In this document: in pieces, positions 38,519 to 50,424 of the stretch
Numbering within the stretch: position 1 is the stretch's first letter
Layout of the letters: every line of letters begins with the position of its first letter
Virus record (IMG/VR): IMGVR_UViG_3300032305_001697
Location: 1,724-65,723 of that record
Strand: one strand, 5' to 3'
DNA from: a virus
Lineage: Duplodnaviria > Caudoviricetes
Length of the DNA: 64,000 nucleotides
Program-made: the position numbers and the translations under genes
Notes under the pieces: model-generated
Told to the model about the DNA's origin: nothing
Seen by the model: only the letters and a program-made list of their open reading frames with translations
The model's database searches: none

Positions 38519-39430
38519 TCACGCTGCAACTCCTTTAGTAATTTCTATATGATTTTCTATAGCATAATCTTTTGCTTTTAATTCCATATCAACATCAAAT
38601 TCTAGCCCATAAGTGTTGAAAGCGTTTTCTGAATAATCAGCGTGTTTACGAGGATTATTTCCAACAGCAGATTCACTATAATGAAACAAAGGTTTCGTCT
38701 GCCAAGTATCCCAGCACATATTAATCGCCTCGCATTCTGTCAAATTATTAGGATGACATTTATGATGCAAATAGTCGAAACAAATAGGAATACGAGTGAT
38801 AGGATGAAAAATATCAACCAGTTCTTTCACACTCCAGCAATTAAGTTTATCATCATTTTCAATAGTGAGCCGTGCCTGACAATTTTCATCAAGACGCTTA
38901 AAGTTTTCATAAAAACGACGAGAGATTTCTTCTCTGGTTCCGTTATTATTATGAACATGAAGATTCATGGGAGAATTAGTGTCTGCTGGCAAGCCAATTC
39001 TATCGAAAAAACTACTATAGAAATTTAGTTCTGTGATAGTCTTTTCAATAACTCTAGGAGTCAAACTAGATAAACTATTAAATTCACTAGGATGACAAGA
39101 TACTCTAACATTATGTCTACGAATGGTAGATGCTATATTATCAAATTCATCTTGAATAGCATCATGATTGGGCAAATCTTCCAAACTTACATTAGCCTCA
39201 TCATAAGTAATGAGAGGAAAAATATCGCTACTAACACGATAAACATAATTATTTTCACCACAAAACTCAATAGTTCTATCCGTAGTAATAAGATTATTAC
39301 GAATTCTGTCTCCAAGAATTTCTAATGCTTCTTCTCGCGGCAGAGAATTAAAGCGTTTAAAAGTCATGGTCTGATGACCAAAACCCTGCTCTTTAAGTTT
39401 GAGCGAAATGCAACACAACCCAAATCTCAT
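38519..39430 (-). CDS. uvsE: UV DNA damage endonuclease (start probably MRFGLCC)
   Basis: YRVSSDIFP, RVSCHP, IENDD, FDYLHH, HYSES, HADY, ELKAKD. Confidence 0.92.
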   Translation of the reverse strand: MRFGLCCISLKLKEQGFGHQTMTFKRFNSLPREEALEILGDRIRNNLITTDRTIEFCGENNYVYRVSSDIFPLITYDEANVSLEDLPNHDAIQDEFDNIASTIRRHNVRVSCHPSEFNSLSSLTPRVIEKTITELNFYSSFFDRIGLPADTNSPMNLHVHNNNGTREEISRRFYENFKRLDENCQARLTIENDDKLNCWSVKELVDIFHPITRIPICFDYLHHKCHPNNLTECEAINMCWDTWQTKPLFHYSESAVGNNPRKHADYSENAFNTYGLEFDVDMELKAKDYAIENHIEITKGVAA

Positions 39431-39681
39431 AGTTTCCTCGTTTTCGATCAGTATACCATAAGGTATCGTCGCGGTCAAGCAATAACTTGAATAATTTCCT
39501 CAACACTGTAGATTTTTAATATCTTGTGATCATGATGATATATTTCTTTAAACATAATAATGGCATGATCAGTTGAATCCGCGATAACTATTTCATTCAT
39601 AAAAATAGTTTGCTTATATTTATCAAACTTACTATAAACTTGAGCAGTAATGTTATAGTGTTTCATTATTCCAACCTATTG

Positions 39682-40287
39682 TTAATTTTTATTTAAATGC
39701 AAATTATAAATTCTTTGAACTAAAGCCAAAAAATCTTGTTTAGATAAAATTCCTTTAGCAGAATTACAGTTGAAACAACACGCTACTACGTTATTGGTGT
39801 TGTAACCAATATTGTTATTGATCCTATCTATACCATTATAGATATAGTCTCCACTGCTTTTCCCTTGTCCTTTAATTATTCTCGATGGTTCTATTCCACA
39901 ATAAAAACATGATTCTTTAGTCAATACTCTAAATTGTTTTTTTGATAAATTAAAAGCATATCCTCTTTTTGCGGCTGATGTTCGATATTGAAGATATAAA
40001 TTATTAAATGCTGATTCTCCTTGTGGTAGTTGCCAGGGCATATTTTTTGCACCTTTTGATTTCCATTTACTAGAATCTCTCTGAGAACATCCACAACTAA
40101 TAGTTCTATCTCTTTTTAGTAGATTATTTCTAATCCATTTGTTATCACTTCCACATAATTTACATTTAACTTTAGAATATCCTCTTTTTGTTTTAGATTT
40201 TCCTTCGACAATAGTTTTTTGTTCAATTATTTCTAAATTACCTTTAGCAATTTTATCTCCAATATTTAAACTTTTAGGTCTTGGCAT
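39682..40287 (-). CDS. HNH homing endonuclease-like protein
   Basis: SCGC; CFYCG...NGIDRINNNIGY...NVVACCFNCNSAK. Confidence 0.8.
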   Translation of the reverse strand: MPRPKSLNIGDKIAKGNLEIIEQKTIVEGKSKTKRGYSKVKCKLCGSDNKWIRNNLLKRDRTISCGCSQRDSSKWKSKGAKNMPWQLPQGESAFNNLYLQYRTSAAKRGYAFNLSKKQFRVLTKESCFYCGIEPSRIIKGQGKSSGDYIYNGIDRINNNIGYNTNNVVACCFNCNSAKGILSKQDFLALVQRIYNLHLNKN

Positions 40288-40328
40288 AGTAATGACTCCA
40301 TGAATGTAAAATTACTTTTTATACATTC

Positions 40329-40985
40329 TTAGATACACCATTCTTTATCTAAACCACCTAATGCTTCAGAAATAGATGGAAATTGCTCAGTAAATATCTG
40401 TTTACATTCTTTTGCTATATCCATATGCTCCTTTTGAGTACCGTTTTTTTCTCGTAATGCTATGTATGTAATCCATGATCTAACATTACCAGAAACATAA
40501 AGTCGAGTAGGAGTTGCTAATGGTAATATAAATCTTGCACATTCTTTAGCAATACCGTCTGCAATCATACTATCATATAACGCTTTGGCTTTACCGAAAT
40601 GCTCACGAATTTTTGTATTCCATTTTACTCGTATCTCATCGCCCATATCATCAATACTATTTTGTCTGTTTTTATTATCTTGGCGACGAAGTTCAAACAA
40701 GGGAATATCATCAGCCAATAACGTAGTATCAGCATATCTTTGAGAAAATTCCTGAAAAGTAAATGATCTATGTCTTAGAATCTGAGCAGCAAGACCTCTG
40801 GTTGTATTAATCTCTACAGTCATAAAACCATGCTCAAATATACTCCAATGTTGATGATCTATACAATATTTCAAAAGTTTAGCATAATTACCATTGTTCT
40901 GATTATTCGGGTTCGATACTCTCGCACAATAAGACATTAATTTTTCAGCATCTGGGGTGACACTAACTAATTTTACTTTACTCAT
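40329..40985 (-). CDS. thyX: Flavin-dependent thymidylate synthase
   Basis: [38 protein letters not shown]. Confidence 0.95.
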   Translation of the reverse strand: MSKVKLVSVTPDAEKLMSYCARVSNPNNQNNGNYAKLLKYCIDHQHWSIFEHGFMTVEINTTRGLAAQILRHRSFTFQEFSQRYADTTLLADDIPLFELRRQDNKNRQNSIDDMGDEIRVKWNTKIREHFGKAKALYDSMIADGIAKECARFILPLATPTRLYVSGNVRSWITYIALREKNGTQKEHMDIAKECKQIFTEQFPSISEALGGLDKEWCI

Positions 40986-41204
40986 ACTTGCTCCTTTGTT
41001 TGAATAATATCAAATTCTTCTAATGGACAAAGTTCTTCATCCCAAAAGCCATTTCTTAATCCTCGTCCTAATATGTGGCCCGCTTTAATCCAAATTTGGT
41101 AGTCTTCTTCAGATATTCTTTTTAGTGTTTTTCCCCAATCACAAATAGTAGCATCAAAAACTTCTGTGCCAGCGTCAAACCACTCACCAGATTTTGATAT
41201 AAAT

Positions 41205-41714
41205 TTAAGATACATTTATTCTCTCTCTATCAAATCTATTTGTTTTAGTCTCCCACCAGAAGTGGATCATTGTACTATCTCCATTAAAGTATATTGGACA
41301 AAAATCTGGACGAAATATACTATTTAGATCACAAGCAACACAAGTAAAAAATAATTGTGATCTTGGATAACCATAATCTAAAAGTTTTTTCTCTATTTTC
41401 TTAAAATTATTCCCACTAAGACATCCACTATCTATCACAATTAATGTATAATATGGATCTAATTTATCTGGATGAATAAATGCCTCAAACTCATCTTTAT
41501 ATGGAATATTAACTGGTTCTATATCAATAGGCTCGTTTTTAGTTGATAATTTATGAGCCATTAGTTGGGCCATAAGCCCAGAATATTCATAACTTAATTG
41601 TAATATGGCAATTTTGCTAGATAAATTAATAAGACTATTCTGACGAATTTCTTCACAGATTTTATCTATACATTTAGTTTCCCAGTCTCTATCCACATAT
41701 AGACTATTTTTCAT
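41205..41714 (-). CDS. Divergent phosphoribosyltransferase-fold protein
   Basis: LIVIDSGCLSGNNF resembles the PRPP loop; C-terminal F.WE. Confidence 0.5.
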   Translation of the reverse strand: MKNSLYVDRDWETKCIDKICEEIRQNSLINLSSKIAILQLSYEYSGLMAQLMAHKLSTKNEPIDIEPVNIPYKDEFEAFIHPDKLDPYYTLIVIDSGCLSGNNFKKIEKKLLDYGYPRSQLFFTCVACDLNSIFRPDFCPIYFNGDSTMIHFWWETKTNRFDRERINVS

Positions 41715-42603
41715 TTTTATCCCAATCGAATACCTTAACTATTTTATCCCATACCGGCTTAAAAAAATAAACGGTAATCACACTAGATATACCACCAATC
41801 ATGCCATTAATCACTGGTGTTGTTATTAAAACCGGTACTACACACTGTTTTTCTACTGGTTCATTAGTCTGCTGTTGAGAATTTTGCATCGTCTTGTTTT
41901 TCTAAATATTGTTTTTGATGCTCCACATACTTATCATTTGTCATGTTATTAAAAATGGCGAGGGCTACTTTACTAACACTAAGAGCAACCCCTGTAATAT
42001 TAGGATCATCATTCTTGCACCAGTAATAACTAGCCCCATTAATACTATCATCTTTGTCTTTAATTATAGAGTAACCTTTATTTTTTGCCCAAGATCGAAT
42101 TTCTGTCCAAAGCATAAAACCTCCTAACAACTCATATTACCAGACTTGGATGGTTTGTCAATACATACTCTATTTCTACTATCAGTATAGTCCACATCTT
42201 TATCGTAATGCTTCCATGCTGTTTTGTGTTTAACTGCAATGATTTCTTTTCTTTGTTTCCAAATCTCTTGTTTTTGATAATCAATAAGTTTCCACAAATC
42301 CTTAATATAATCAAGAATAGGTTCTTTTTTGTATTGAGTTAAAATTCTATCTACATTGGAACTATTCATTGGCTCATATTTCAGAGTCATATCATAGTTA
42401 TCTGGATTCCAATCGGGATCATAAGTTTGACTCATTTTTGTAACCATTCTTTTGCTTGAGACTCTTTTTTATATTTCCATCCAGCAGCAAAACCTTCTAT
42501 ATATAATTTCTTCATAACATTGATACTTTGTTTATTTTGACTAATAAAAGATAAATTTTTTGATACCCATTCATCATAACTTTTTTCTTCATCACATAAA
42601 TCT

Positions 42604-43227
42604 TCATTCATTTTTAACTTTCTCGGTATTATATTTTTGATAGATTTTATTTATTCCAGCAATAACTGATGAACAGGTCATGTTAATTAATTTATTATCA
42701 TCATTATCTGTTATATAGGCTTGAATTTCATCGTTTAATACTTCTTTACAGTATCCTTTTTCTAAAATATATTCATTGGTATCTTTTAATTTTTTTTGAT
42801 TCTTTTTTAGGAAACTATCTATTTCATTTCTATATTTTAGGTTAGAAGCATATAAAGCATGAGATAGTTCATGTCTCAATGTGCTACTATTTTGAGCACC
42901 AATAATATAAAAGTTATCTTTACGATAACGAAATAATTCTAATAGTCTGTTTTCTTCTACTGTTAAAGGATCAAACAATCCATCTTTGAATGGTATTAAA
43001 ACTTTACTTGGAAAATTGAAACCAATCCATGTTGTATGATAATTATTTGCTCCATATGTTTCAGAATACCAATGTCTTAGTTGTCCAAATGTAAATATAT
43101 TATCTCTAAATTTTGGATTAGCACTTTCATAGTGTTCTTGAAAACGCATGAAAGTTAATCCTAGTTCTTCCTGAGAATCAGCAAAAACCCAAACACTATT
43201 ATAGGGTTGTTGTTTACAATTTATCAT
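42604..43227 (-). CDS. Hypothetical protein with an HExxH motif
   Basis: LRHELSHALY...DEIQAY. Confidence 0.55.
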   Translation of the reverse strand: MINCKQQPYNSVWVFADSQEELGLTFMRFQEHYESANPKFRDNIFTFGQLRHWYSETYGANNYHTTWIGFNFPSKVLIPFKDGLFDPLTVEENRLLELFRYRKDNFYIIGAQNSSTLRHELSHALYASNLKYRNEIDSFLKKNQKKLKDTNEYILEKGYCKEVLNDEIQAYITDNDDNKLINMTCSSVIAGINKIYQKYNTEKVKNE

Positions 43228-43399
43228 TGATATTCTAGAGTAGAATTATATCCTGGTGGTAAATCTGAGTTTAGAATAGTTCTTTGTTCTTCTCTAAGAA
43301 TTGCTATTTCTTTTCTTTGAGTTCTTATTTCTTTATGTAGACTATCATTAAGTTTTTCTAAATGATCTACCCTAGCAATTAAACTATTAATATAGTCGT

Positions 43400-43621
43400 C
43401 TATATCCATTCTTTTCCTAACTTAGATAATGTTGATTTAACCATACCATCGTCATAAAAACAATCTTCTTTGTTTGCTATTAATTCATTATATTTTTCAG
43501 GCCAGACATTATACAAGGTATTCATTATGGTTTGACCATATCTTAACTCAAAAGAGTAATAATTATAGGTATCATCCACAAGTTTTAGAAAATCATTAAA
43601 TGAAATTTTATTCGACATCAT
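43400..43621 (-). CDS. Hypothetical protein, paralog of 50173..50424
   Basis: LRYGQTIMNTLY.VWPEKY...DCFY shared. Confidence 0.6.
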   Translation of the reverse strand: MMSNKISFNDFLKLVDDTYNYYSFELRYGQTIMNTLYNVWPEKYNELIANKEDCFYDDGMVKSTLSKLGKEWI

Positions 43622-44428
43622 ACCACTCCGGAAAATCTAATAAATATAAATCAGCAAATGGAGCATTAAGCCCATCATTTATATTAGATCCTAAAATTGG
43701 GGAGTCAACTTCTATTTCATTTTTCATTCTGATCAACCTCGATTTCTGCACCGTCAAATACCCAGTGATTCATATAATCTCTGGGATTGGTTCCTATTGG
43801 TTTATTGACAATTTTGAATTTCACATCAAAAATACCACTCAGTCCCTGATTATGATAAAGATATTTTATAATAGCATCCTTAACATCTTCATCGCTCATG
43901 GTTATATGAGTCTTATTATTAATTTTCATTTACAAAATCCCTTAGTTTCTTGATAGCAGAGTCGATTGTTTTAACAACCGCCCCACTTAATGCGTAGTCC
44001 TTTTTATAGGATGCTAGAGCATCCAGTATCTTCCATGCTTCATTTTTGTTAATATCAATACTCATACGAATAATCTGTCCTTTAGTAAATCTCTGATAGT
44101 TTCTGTCACATTAATTCCATCAACGATAATATCATTATCGCCACCCTTTATGGGATTAGATGGCATCTTTTCTGATACTCTATTATAGAGCCAAAATATA
44201 ACAAACTTTTGTTCAGTTGTTAAACTCGTCATTAGTTATACTCTGGTGGATTCCAGTTGGGCCAATATTTTTTTGGTACGGCTTTTTCTGGATGATAATA
44301 TACTTGTTTATGTAAACTTTCTATTCTATCTATTAGTTCCTTGACTTTTCGTTCAAGATTAAGTAATGACTCTAATACCACATCAATCTTTTGTTTAGCG
44401 GGCGTTTTCTTTTTAGTAATTTTCTTTT

Positions 44429-44662
44429 TCATACTTCTTCTCCAGTATTATAGTCAAGTACGGACTTTTTACAAGCCTCTAGCATTTTCTTCAAGTTGTG
44501 CTTTAATCCTTCGACATTATCTGACACGGGAAGTGATATTTTACCAATGTTTACAATGTCTAGATTTTCATCATGATATACATCATGCACAGTATAAGTA
44601 ATATCAATTCCTCCCCCAGGAATCTTGGTTGCTTTTTTAATGACTCGATAGTTCCAACTCAT
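44429..44662 (-). CDS. Conserved phage hypothetical protein
   Basis: MSWNYRV...HDVY.DE...M.EA..K.VLD. Confidence 0.6.
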   Translation of the reverse strand: MSWNYRVIKKATKIPGGGIDITYTVHDVYHDENLDIVNIGKISLPVSDNVEGLKHNLKKMLEACKKSVLDYNTGEEV

Positions 44663-44664
44663 TA

Positions 44665-45051
44665 TTATAGTCCTAATTCTTCGTCGAGGTCACTTAATTT
44701 TTCTAATGTTTCTAATCTTTTTTGTTTGGCCTCATAAGGTTTAACAATCCATCCCATCATCATCAGATCAAGTTTAATTTCATCAGTAACAATACTTTCA
44801 TTACCAGAGCAATACCAATCCATATAGTTACCATCTTTTATTATATCGGCAACTATACCTCCAGACATTCTCCAAGAGCAAGTCCATTCTTTGTCGCCAT
44901 AAAAAAATCGGTTATTACATAAAGCCCCATATAAATCTCTACAATAGACTGGGCTATTAAGACATTTGGCTACTATACGTTCATTATTAATTAGATCTTG
45001 TTCTAAATCTGGCTTATCAAAAACTTCCTTTATTGTGTTATCTAAGTCCAT
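44665..45051 (-). CDS. Conserved phage hypothetical protein
   Basis: LYGALCN, WTCSWRMSGGIVAD, YMDWYCSG. Confidence 0.6.
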   Translation of the reverse strand: MDLDNTIKEVFDKPDLEQDLINNERIVAKCLNSPVYCRDLYGALCNNRFFYGDKEWTCSWRMSGGIVADIIKDGNYMDWYCSGNESIVTDEIKLDLMMMGWIVKPYEAKQKRLETLEKLSDLDEELGL

Positions 45052-45824
45052 AGCGAACTCCTAATTTTGATTAGTTCAATTAGTTTTTCAGTATCTTCTT
45101 CTTCATACTTATGTTCCATCTCATCAATCTTACGATAATAATATTTTCCATCTTTTTGTTTGGTGAACAGATCATATGGGTTTGCTCTATAATCTCTATC
45201 CAGCCACCAATTGTAAAGTTGTAAAATCTTCTGAGAGTCTATAGCCTGTGCTGTTGGTTTGTTATAATCTTCATCATCTGGATTGAAACCATAATCTTCA
45301 TTCAGTTTTAATTGACCTGCCCAGTTTAGATAATCCAAACCCGCTTGTTTACATCGTCCTTTAATAAACTTATATTTTCGTTCTGGATACGCTTTCATAG
45401 TATGAGCAAGTTCACTCTCAACAAAAATAACTAACTCATTAAAAATCCCATGAAGAATTCTATGATCTAAATCGTAATATTCTCCAGCAGGCAATCCTGT
45501 TTTCAGATAATGAAGTTTACCAAAGAATCTGTTACGAACATAAACTTCTATGGTATGATAAATATCCATTGGAAGATTCACAATGTCTTGCAAAAAGTCT
45601 AGAACTTTTTCTGCCACCCAATATCTATAAGGATGTTTCTTTGCTGATGTTTCTCTCCAATCATTCCATTTTTGCCACTCTAAAGCAAAAGGTTTTTTAA
45701 TACCTCTAATTTTATCGGCAAAACCAGAGCAACTCCAGTAGTTAACTCTTGATCTTTTAAGTATTCTAAACATTGATATTATTTCTTTTGGTGTATTATA
45801 ATTATAGAGATGTATTGCGGACAT
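45042..45824 (-). CDS. Hypothetical protein
   Basis: 260-aa ORF; promoter at 45845..45873. Confidence 0.6.
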   Translation of the reverse strand: MSAIHLYNYNTPKEIISMFRILKRSRVNYWSCSGFADKIRGIKKPFALEWQKWNDWRETSAKKHPYRYWVAEKVLDFLQDIVNLPMDIYHTIEVYVRNRFFGKLHYLKTGLPAGEYYDLDHRILHGIFNELVIFVESELAHTMKAYPERKYKFIKGRCKQAGLDYLNWAGQLKLNEDYGFNPDDEDYNKPTAQAIDSQKILQLYNWWLDRDYRANPYDLFTKQKDGKYYYRKIDEMEHKYEEEDTEKLIELIKIRSSLWT

Positions 45825-45862
45825 TTCTAATAACCGTACAATGTATTATACCAGAAGCCTGA

Positions 45863-46612
45863 ATGTTTGTCAACCGCAATTTGACAGCATTTGGGCTTTC
45901 TGTTTTTAGGTGCTACATGAAAAATAAAATATGTACAAAATGCAAACAAGAAAAAGAAATTTCTAACTTTAATAAACAAAAAGGAGGAAAAGATGGATTG
46001 AGATCACAATGTAAACAATGTATTAAAGACTATCGGAAGACATACGATGCAGAATATTATTTATTACATAAACAAAAATTATGCGAAAATAAAAGAAAAT
46101 ATAATAAACAAAACGCAGATATAATTAGCATAAAAAATAAACAACGAAGAATTAAATATAATGAATATTATAGAGAAAAAGACAAAAAAACTTATCTAAA
46201 ACATAAATATAAAATACTGTCTCGTAAAAAAGAATATAATAAAAATAATAAAAATCTAATAAATCAAAGAAACAACAAAAAAAGAAAAATAAACACACAA
46301 TTTAGATTAGCAGAAAATTTAAGACGTAGAATTAATCATGCTATTCGAGGAAAAATAAAATCAGATAGATCATTTAATTTAATAGGATGTTCTGTGGAAG
46401 AACTTAAAAAATATTTAGAAAATAAATTTACAAACGGTATGAGTTGGAAAAATTATGGATTATATGGTTGGCATATAGATCATATAATACCTTGTTCTAG
46501 TTTTGATTTAAACAATCCAGAAGAACAGAAAAAATGTTTCCATTATTCTAATCTACAACCTTTATGGGCAAAAGACAATCTAAGCAAAGGAGATAAATTA
46601 AATTGGCTATAG
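45863..46612 (+). CDS. HNH endonuclease (mobile, opposite strand)
   Basis: CTKC...CKQC, basic linker, GMSWKNYG..WHIDHIIPC...CFHYSNLQPLWAKDNLSKG. Confidence 0.85.
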   Translation: MFVNRNLTAFGLSVFRCYMKNKICTKCKQEKEISNFNKQKGGKDGLRSQCKQCIKDYRKTYDAEYYLLHKQKLCENKRKYNKQNADIISIKNKQRRIKYNEYYREKDKKTYLKHKYKILSRKKEYNKNNKNLINQRNNKKRKINTQFRLAENLRRRINHAIRGKIKSDRSFNLIGCSVEELKKYLENKFTNGMSWKNYGLYGWHIDHIIPCSSFDLNNPEEQKKCFHYSNLQPLWAKDNLSKGDKLNWL

Positions 46613-48146
46613 ATCAATATTCACTTCATACTTGTTGAGCATCTTATAGAATTCTTCTCTTATACTATATAAGGCATTATCAGCACTATTAAACTGATGA
46701 CCATATTTTTCCCACTCTCGTAATTGTTGACTAAATTGCCACAACATACGCTGACACTTTTGTGCTTGGTTCATTATATCATACTGAACCTTATCTTCTG
46801 GAATATCCAGATCAAAATTAAATGTGGCTTTCATAATGGAAAATAACACTTCCCTTCTAATGGGTCTTTTTCATATGGGTAATTAAATGGCCCCAAAACT
46901 TTTCGTCTTTTGTCTTTAATGTAATCTAATACTTCAGTGAAACAAGTTTCACAAATTTGAATATCATATTGAATACCATCTTGATTGGAACAATATCCCC
47001 AAGTCGAACTTAGTTCAGCATATTCATGGTCTATGTCTTTGGAGCAATTTTCTCCACAGCAATCACAATGAATCTTATCAAGAACTTTAACTGTTTTTTT
47101 CTTGTAGGTTTTCATTTGTATCTTTGCACATTAAGCCATGTGTTCTCTTCTTGTTTTTTTAATTGGAGAGATTTTGTCCATATATCATCATGGTTCATTT
47201 TTTAAATATCCTTCATTTATTCTAACTCTTATTCCATGACTATGAAATATGCTAAAGTCGGTTTGGTATAACGGAAGATTAATCCCAATAACCTTATTGG
47301 TTTTGCTGCACCTAACCAAACTAATATCAGCACCTTCTCCCTTTATCCATTCATGGTAAGTATTAGTATTAGTATCAAGCAACAATTCTACTCTATCAGA
47401 CCCTTTATCAATCCATAAAGAGGCACAGGGTTTATATCTTGTCGCTTCTTTTATCAAATAATCCCAATCAAAATTTTCCATAATCTTTCCTTCCTGTTTT
47501 GTTTCCTAATTTGCTTATTAATTTCATTTTACTTTCTCTGGTGTTTGATAAAATCTCAGATAAGTATTTGGCGGAAATTGATTCATGACCAAAACTTCTG
47601 GTGATGGGCCTGTTGTCATTTTAACCATATACATATAACCCTCTGGGCCTAACACTCTAAATTCTACGTTGTCAAATCTCTCAATAGTTTCTTCTGTGTC
47701 TTTGTCTATAAACTCTAAAGTGTCTTGAAATTTATATTCTATTTCATTAATTTTGTCATCTTTAATGAAAATAGATAATACTCCCATCATAAGAGGCACA
47801 CTAAGTACCCCGATTATAAAACCAAGAACTGCTGAGTGGTCATTTTTAAACATTATTGAGATTCTCTTGCTTTTGTTTATCGGCTTTCTTCTTTTCCTTA
47901 ATTTTCATTAAATCTTTAACTCTAGCATTATACTCTTTATCGTTTTCTAGTCTAGTAATAACCAGTTCAAATGATCCATGATCACTATCAGGAGTACTTT
48001 CCCAAGACCAATATAATTCAATAACATCATTTCGATCTTCCAAATAAGCATCTTGAGTTGTTCTCAATTCTTTACAAATATCTTCTGGACTTCCAGACAA
48101 ATCCCAAGGACTCACAGAAGTTATTGACTCTTTTGTTTGTTTTCTT

Positions 48147-49088
48147 TTAATTTTTTTCATCATATTCCTCCTGAGTCAGCCACTTTCCGGTAGTTGCATC
48201 TTGGCTACTAAAAGTTCCCATGCCCATACATTGTTCACACGCTGCCATATCTATTTTCGGCCCAGCATCACCATATTCTTTAAGTAAAGTCTGGTAACGC
48301 TCATTTACAACGTCGCAGTAGTTATAACCGTCGCCGTTAGGTAGTTTAACACACTTTTCACATTTGTCAACCATCAGATGATGATTAAAAAATATAGCCA
48401 GTGACGCATCCATCATTAATTTATTAACGTCGGTAAGTTTTTCTCCCTTGCCTTTACAAGATGAACAAACTATTACTGGATGTTCTGATTCTTTTTGAAT
48501 ATTTTCTGGAACAGGGTCAGGAACGTCTGGATTAACTATTGCTTTCCATGATGCTACTATATTCCAAGTATGATCTGATAGCAATCTATAGTGAGTATAT
48601 TGTATATCAATAATTTTACCCTTTTTGACTCTAATATCTGCTACTCTAAAATCTTCATAAGTTTCTGGGTTTTGTATTGGGCCACTTTCATATTTCTCAT
48701 GTAACACCCATGTTTGTGTAAGATCTTTAACATTAAAATTAAGGTTGCCTCTCATTACCGGCATAAAATAACCTTTACGACCAGTTGGTTGAACTACCTC
48801 TCCATACATAACCCATCCATCACAATATTTAAAGTATTCTAACTCTATGCTTTTCATGGGAACAACTTCTGTTCGTCCCCAAGGATGAATACTTTCAACA
48901 TTGCCAGTAATATTATCGGTACTTATAGTTTGTCTATCAGTTGGTTTGTTTTGGGGTAGTTTCTCCGTATTCTTTTTATGAATTGGATTCAGACCAAATA
49001 CAGCAAATAGTATCAGAATAATTGGTAAAATTATTAGTAAAAGGTTTGATCCTGTCATATAATTCTTATACTTTCTATTAGGATTCAT
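48147..49088 (-). CDS. Membrane-anchored protein with split CxxCxGxG zinc motifs
   Basis: N-terminal TM; CSSCKGKG...CEQCMGMG. Confidence 0.55.
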   Translation of the reverse strand: MNPNRKYKNYMTGSNLLLIILPIILILFAVFGLNPIHKKNTEKLPQNKPTDRQTISTDNITGNVESIHPWGRTEVVPMKSIELEYFKYCDGWVMYGEVVQPTGRKGYFMPVMRGNLNFNVKDLTQTWVLHEKYESGPIQNPETYEDFRVADIRVKKGKIIDIQYTHYRLLSDHTWNIVASWKAIVNPDVPDPVPENIQKESEHPVIVCSSCKGKGEKLTDVNKLMMDASLAIFFNHHLMVDKCEKCVKLPNGDGYNYCDVVNERYQTLLKEYGDAGPKIDMAACEQCMGMGTFSSQDATTGKWLTQEEYDEKN

Positions 49089-49531
49089 TCTTTTAATCCT
49101 TCAAATCCCTCAAATAACCATTTTTTAACTTCCATAGGATGCTTGTCAGTATGAGGCTGAGTCGCACTAATATATCCAACAGCAAAATCAATCAGTCTAT
49201 TAAGCATCATTATATGATTATCCGAATTCCTATTTTTAGATTTAAGATTGTGATTATCGGCTCTTAGTTCTTGGACTTCTTTATTTAATGGTTTTATTCT
49301 AGTCTCCAATAATTCATCAATATCTTTTTGTTTGTTAGTTTCAAAGTTCTTTAGTTTAAGTTCTAAGTCTTTGTATGATGATTGGTTGGGGGAATAAACT
49401 GTTGCTGTTCCTTCTTCGTAGTGCTTAATTTTATTTTCTAATTGGTTTATAACTTTACAAAGAGATGATATATAATCATTAATATTTGAGTATTCTTTTC
49501 GTAATTCGTCAATGCTTTTATAGTTGCTCAT
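49085..49531 (-). CDS. Coiled-coil protein
   Basis: Heptad-rich sequence. Confidence 0.5.
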   Translation of the reverse strand: MSNYKSIDELRKEYSNINDYISSLCKVINQLENKIKHYEEGTATVYSPNQSSYKDLELKLKNFETNKQKDIDELLETRIKPLNKEVQELRADNHNLKSKNRNSDNHIMMLNRLIDFAVGYISATQPHTDKHPMEVKKWLFEGFEGLKE

Positions 49532-50172
49532 TTAATAGTCTTTCTTAATTTTACTTAATCCGTAAAGTCCAATAATATGCCACAAAACAAAACTAGCAAA
49601 TGCGGCAACAATAAACCAACTTCGACTACTCATAATAATTCCTCTCTTTTAAATTTGAAACTCTTTTAATATCTCCAATATTCGTCGGGCTAACGAAGCA
49701 CCGCCGACAATTCTTCCATCAGTATAATCTTCTCCATATCCAGCAGAAGATTCATGATCCTTTTGTTTTTTGATTTTTTGATTACATAACTTGATAACTT
49801 CAAGTATTTTGTCTTTTTGAGTTTGGTTCATTGGTTAGTAGTAATCAATACCCTCAATAGGCCACTCGTCAATAAGGCTATCCATAGTCTCTTTCATAGC
49901 ATCTCTGCAATTTTGTTTTACTCTTTCGTGATGTTCATTATGAAGTTTCACAATATATTCAGCAGTTTTTTGGTCGATGGCAGCATCGGGGATAATCTCG
50001 TAATCCTCAGTTTCTGTGCTTACCAAAGTTTTACCATAATGGTCAACCTCATCATTGTATGAAATAGGGTCAACTGGCACAATTCTTCTGCACCAACATT
50101 GTGGCCCGCTAAAACATTCATCAACTTTCCACGGGACTAGGAAAGATAATTCTTTTGCTTGTTCAAAGTTCA

Positions 50173-50424
50173 TTAGTAAACCCATTCTTTCTCTAACTTA
50201 TTTAGAAGCATAGCAACATTACGATTAGTATAAAAACAGTCCATATCGGAGTCGCTAATTTCAAAATATTTTTCAGGCCACACATCATATAAGGTATTCA
50301 TAATAGTTTGACCATATCGTAATTGATTAGATATAGACACAGGATTATCTGTTGATTTAGATCTAGCCGCTTGGTGACTAATAAAAGTATCATCAACTTT
50401 TTTAAGGAATTCTGTGAATGTCAT
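50173..50424 (-). CDS. Hypothetical protein, paralog of 43400..43621
   Basis: Shared LRYGQTIMNTLY motif. Confidence 0.6.
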   Translation of the reverse strand: MTFTEFLKKVDDTFISHQAARSKSTDNPVSISNQLRYGQTIMNTLYDVWPEKYFEISDSDMDCFYTNRNVAMLLNKLEKEWVY

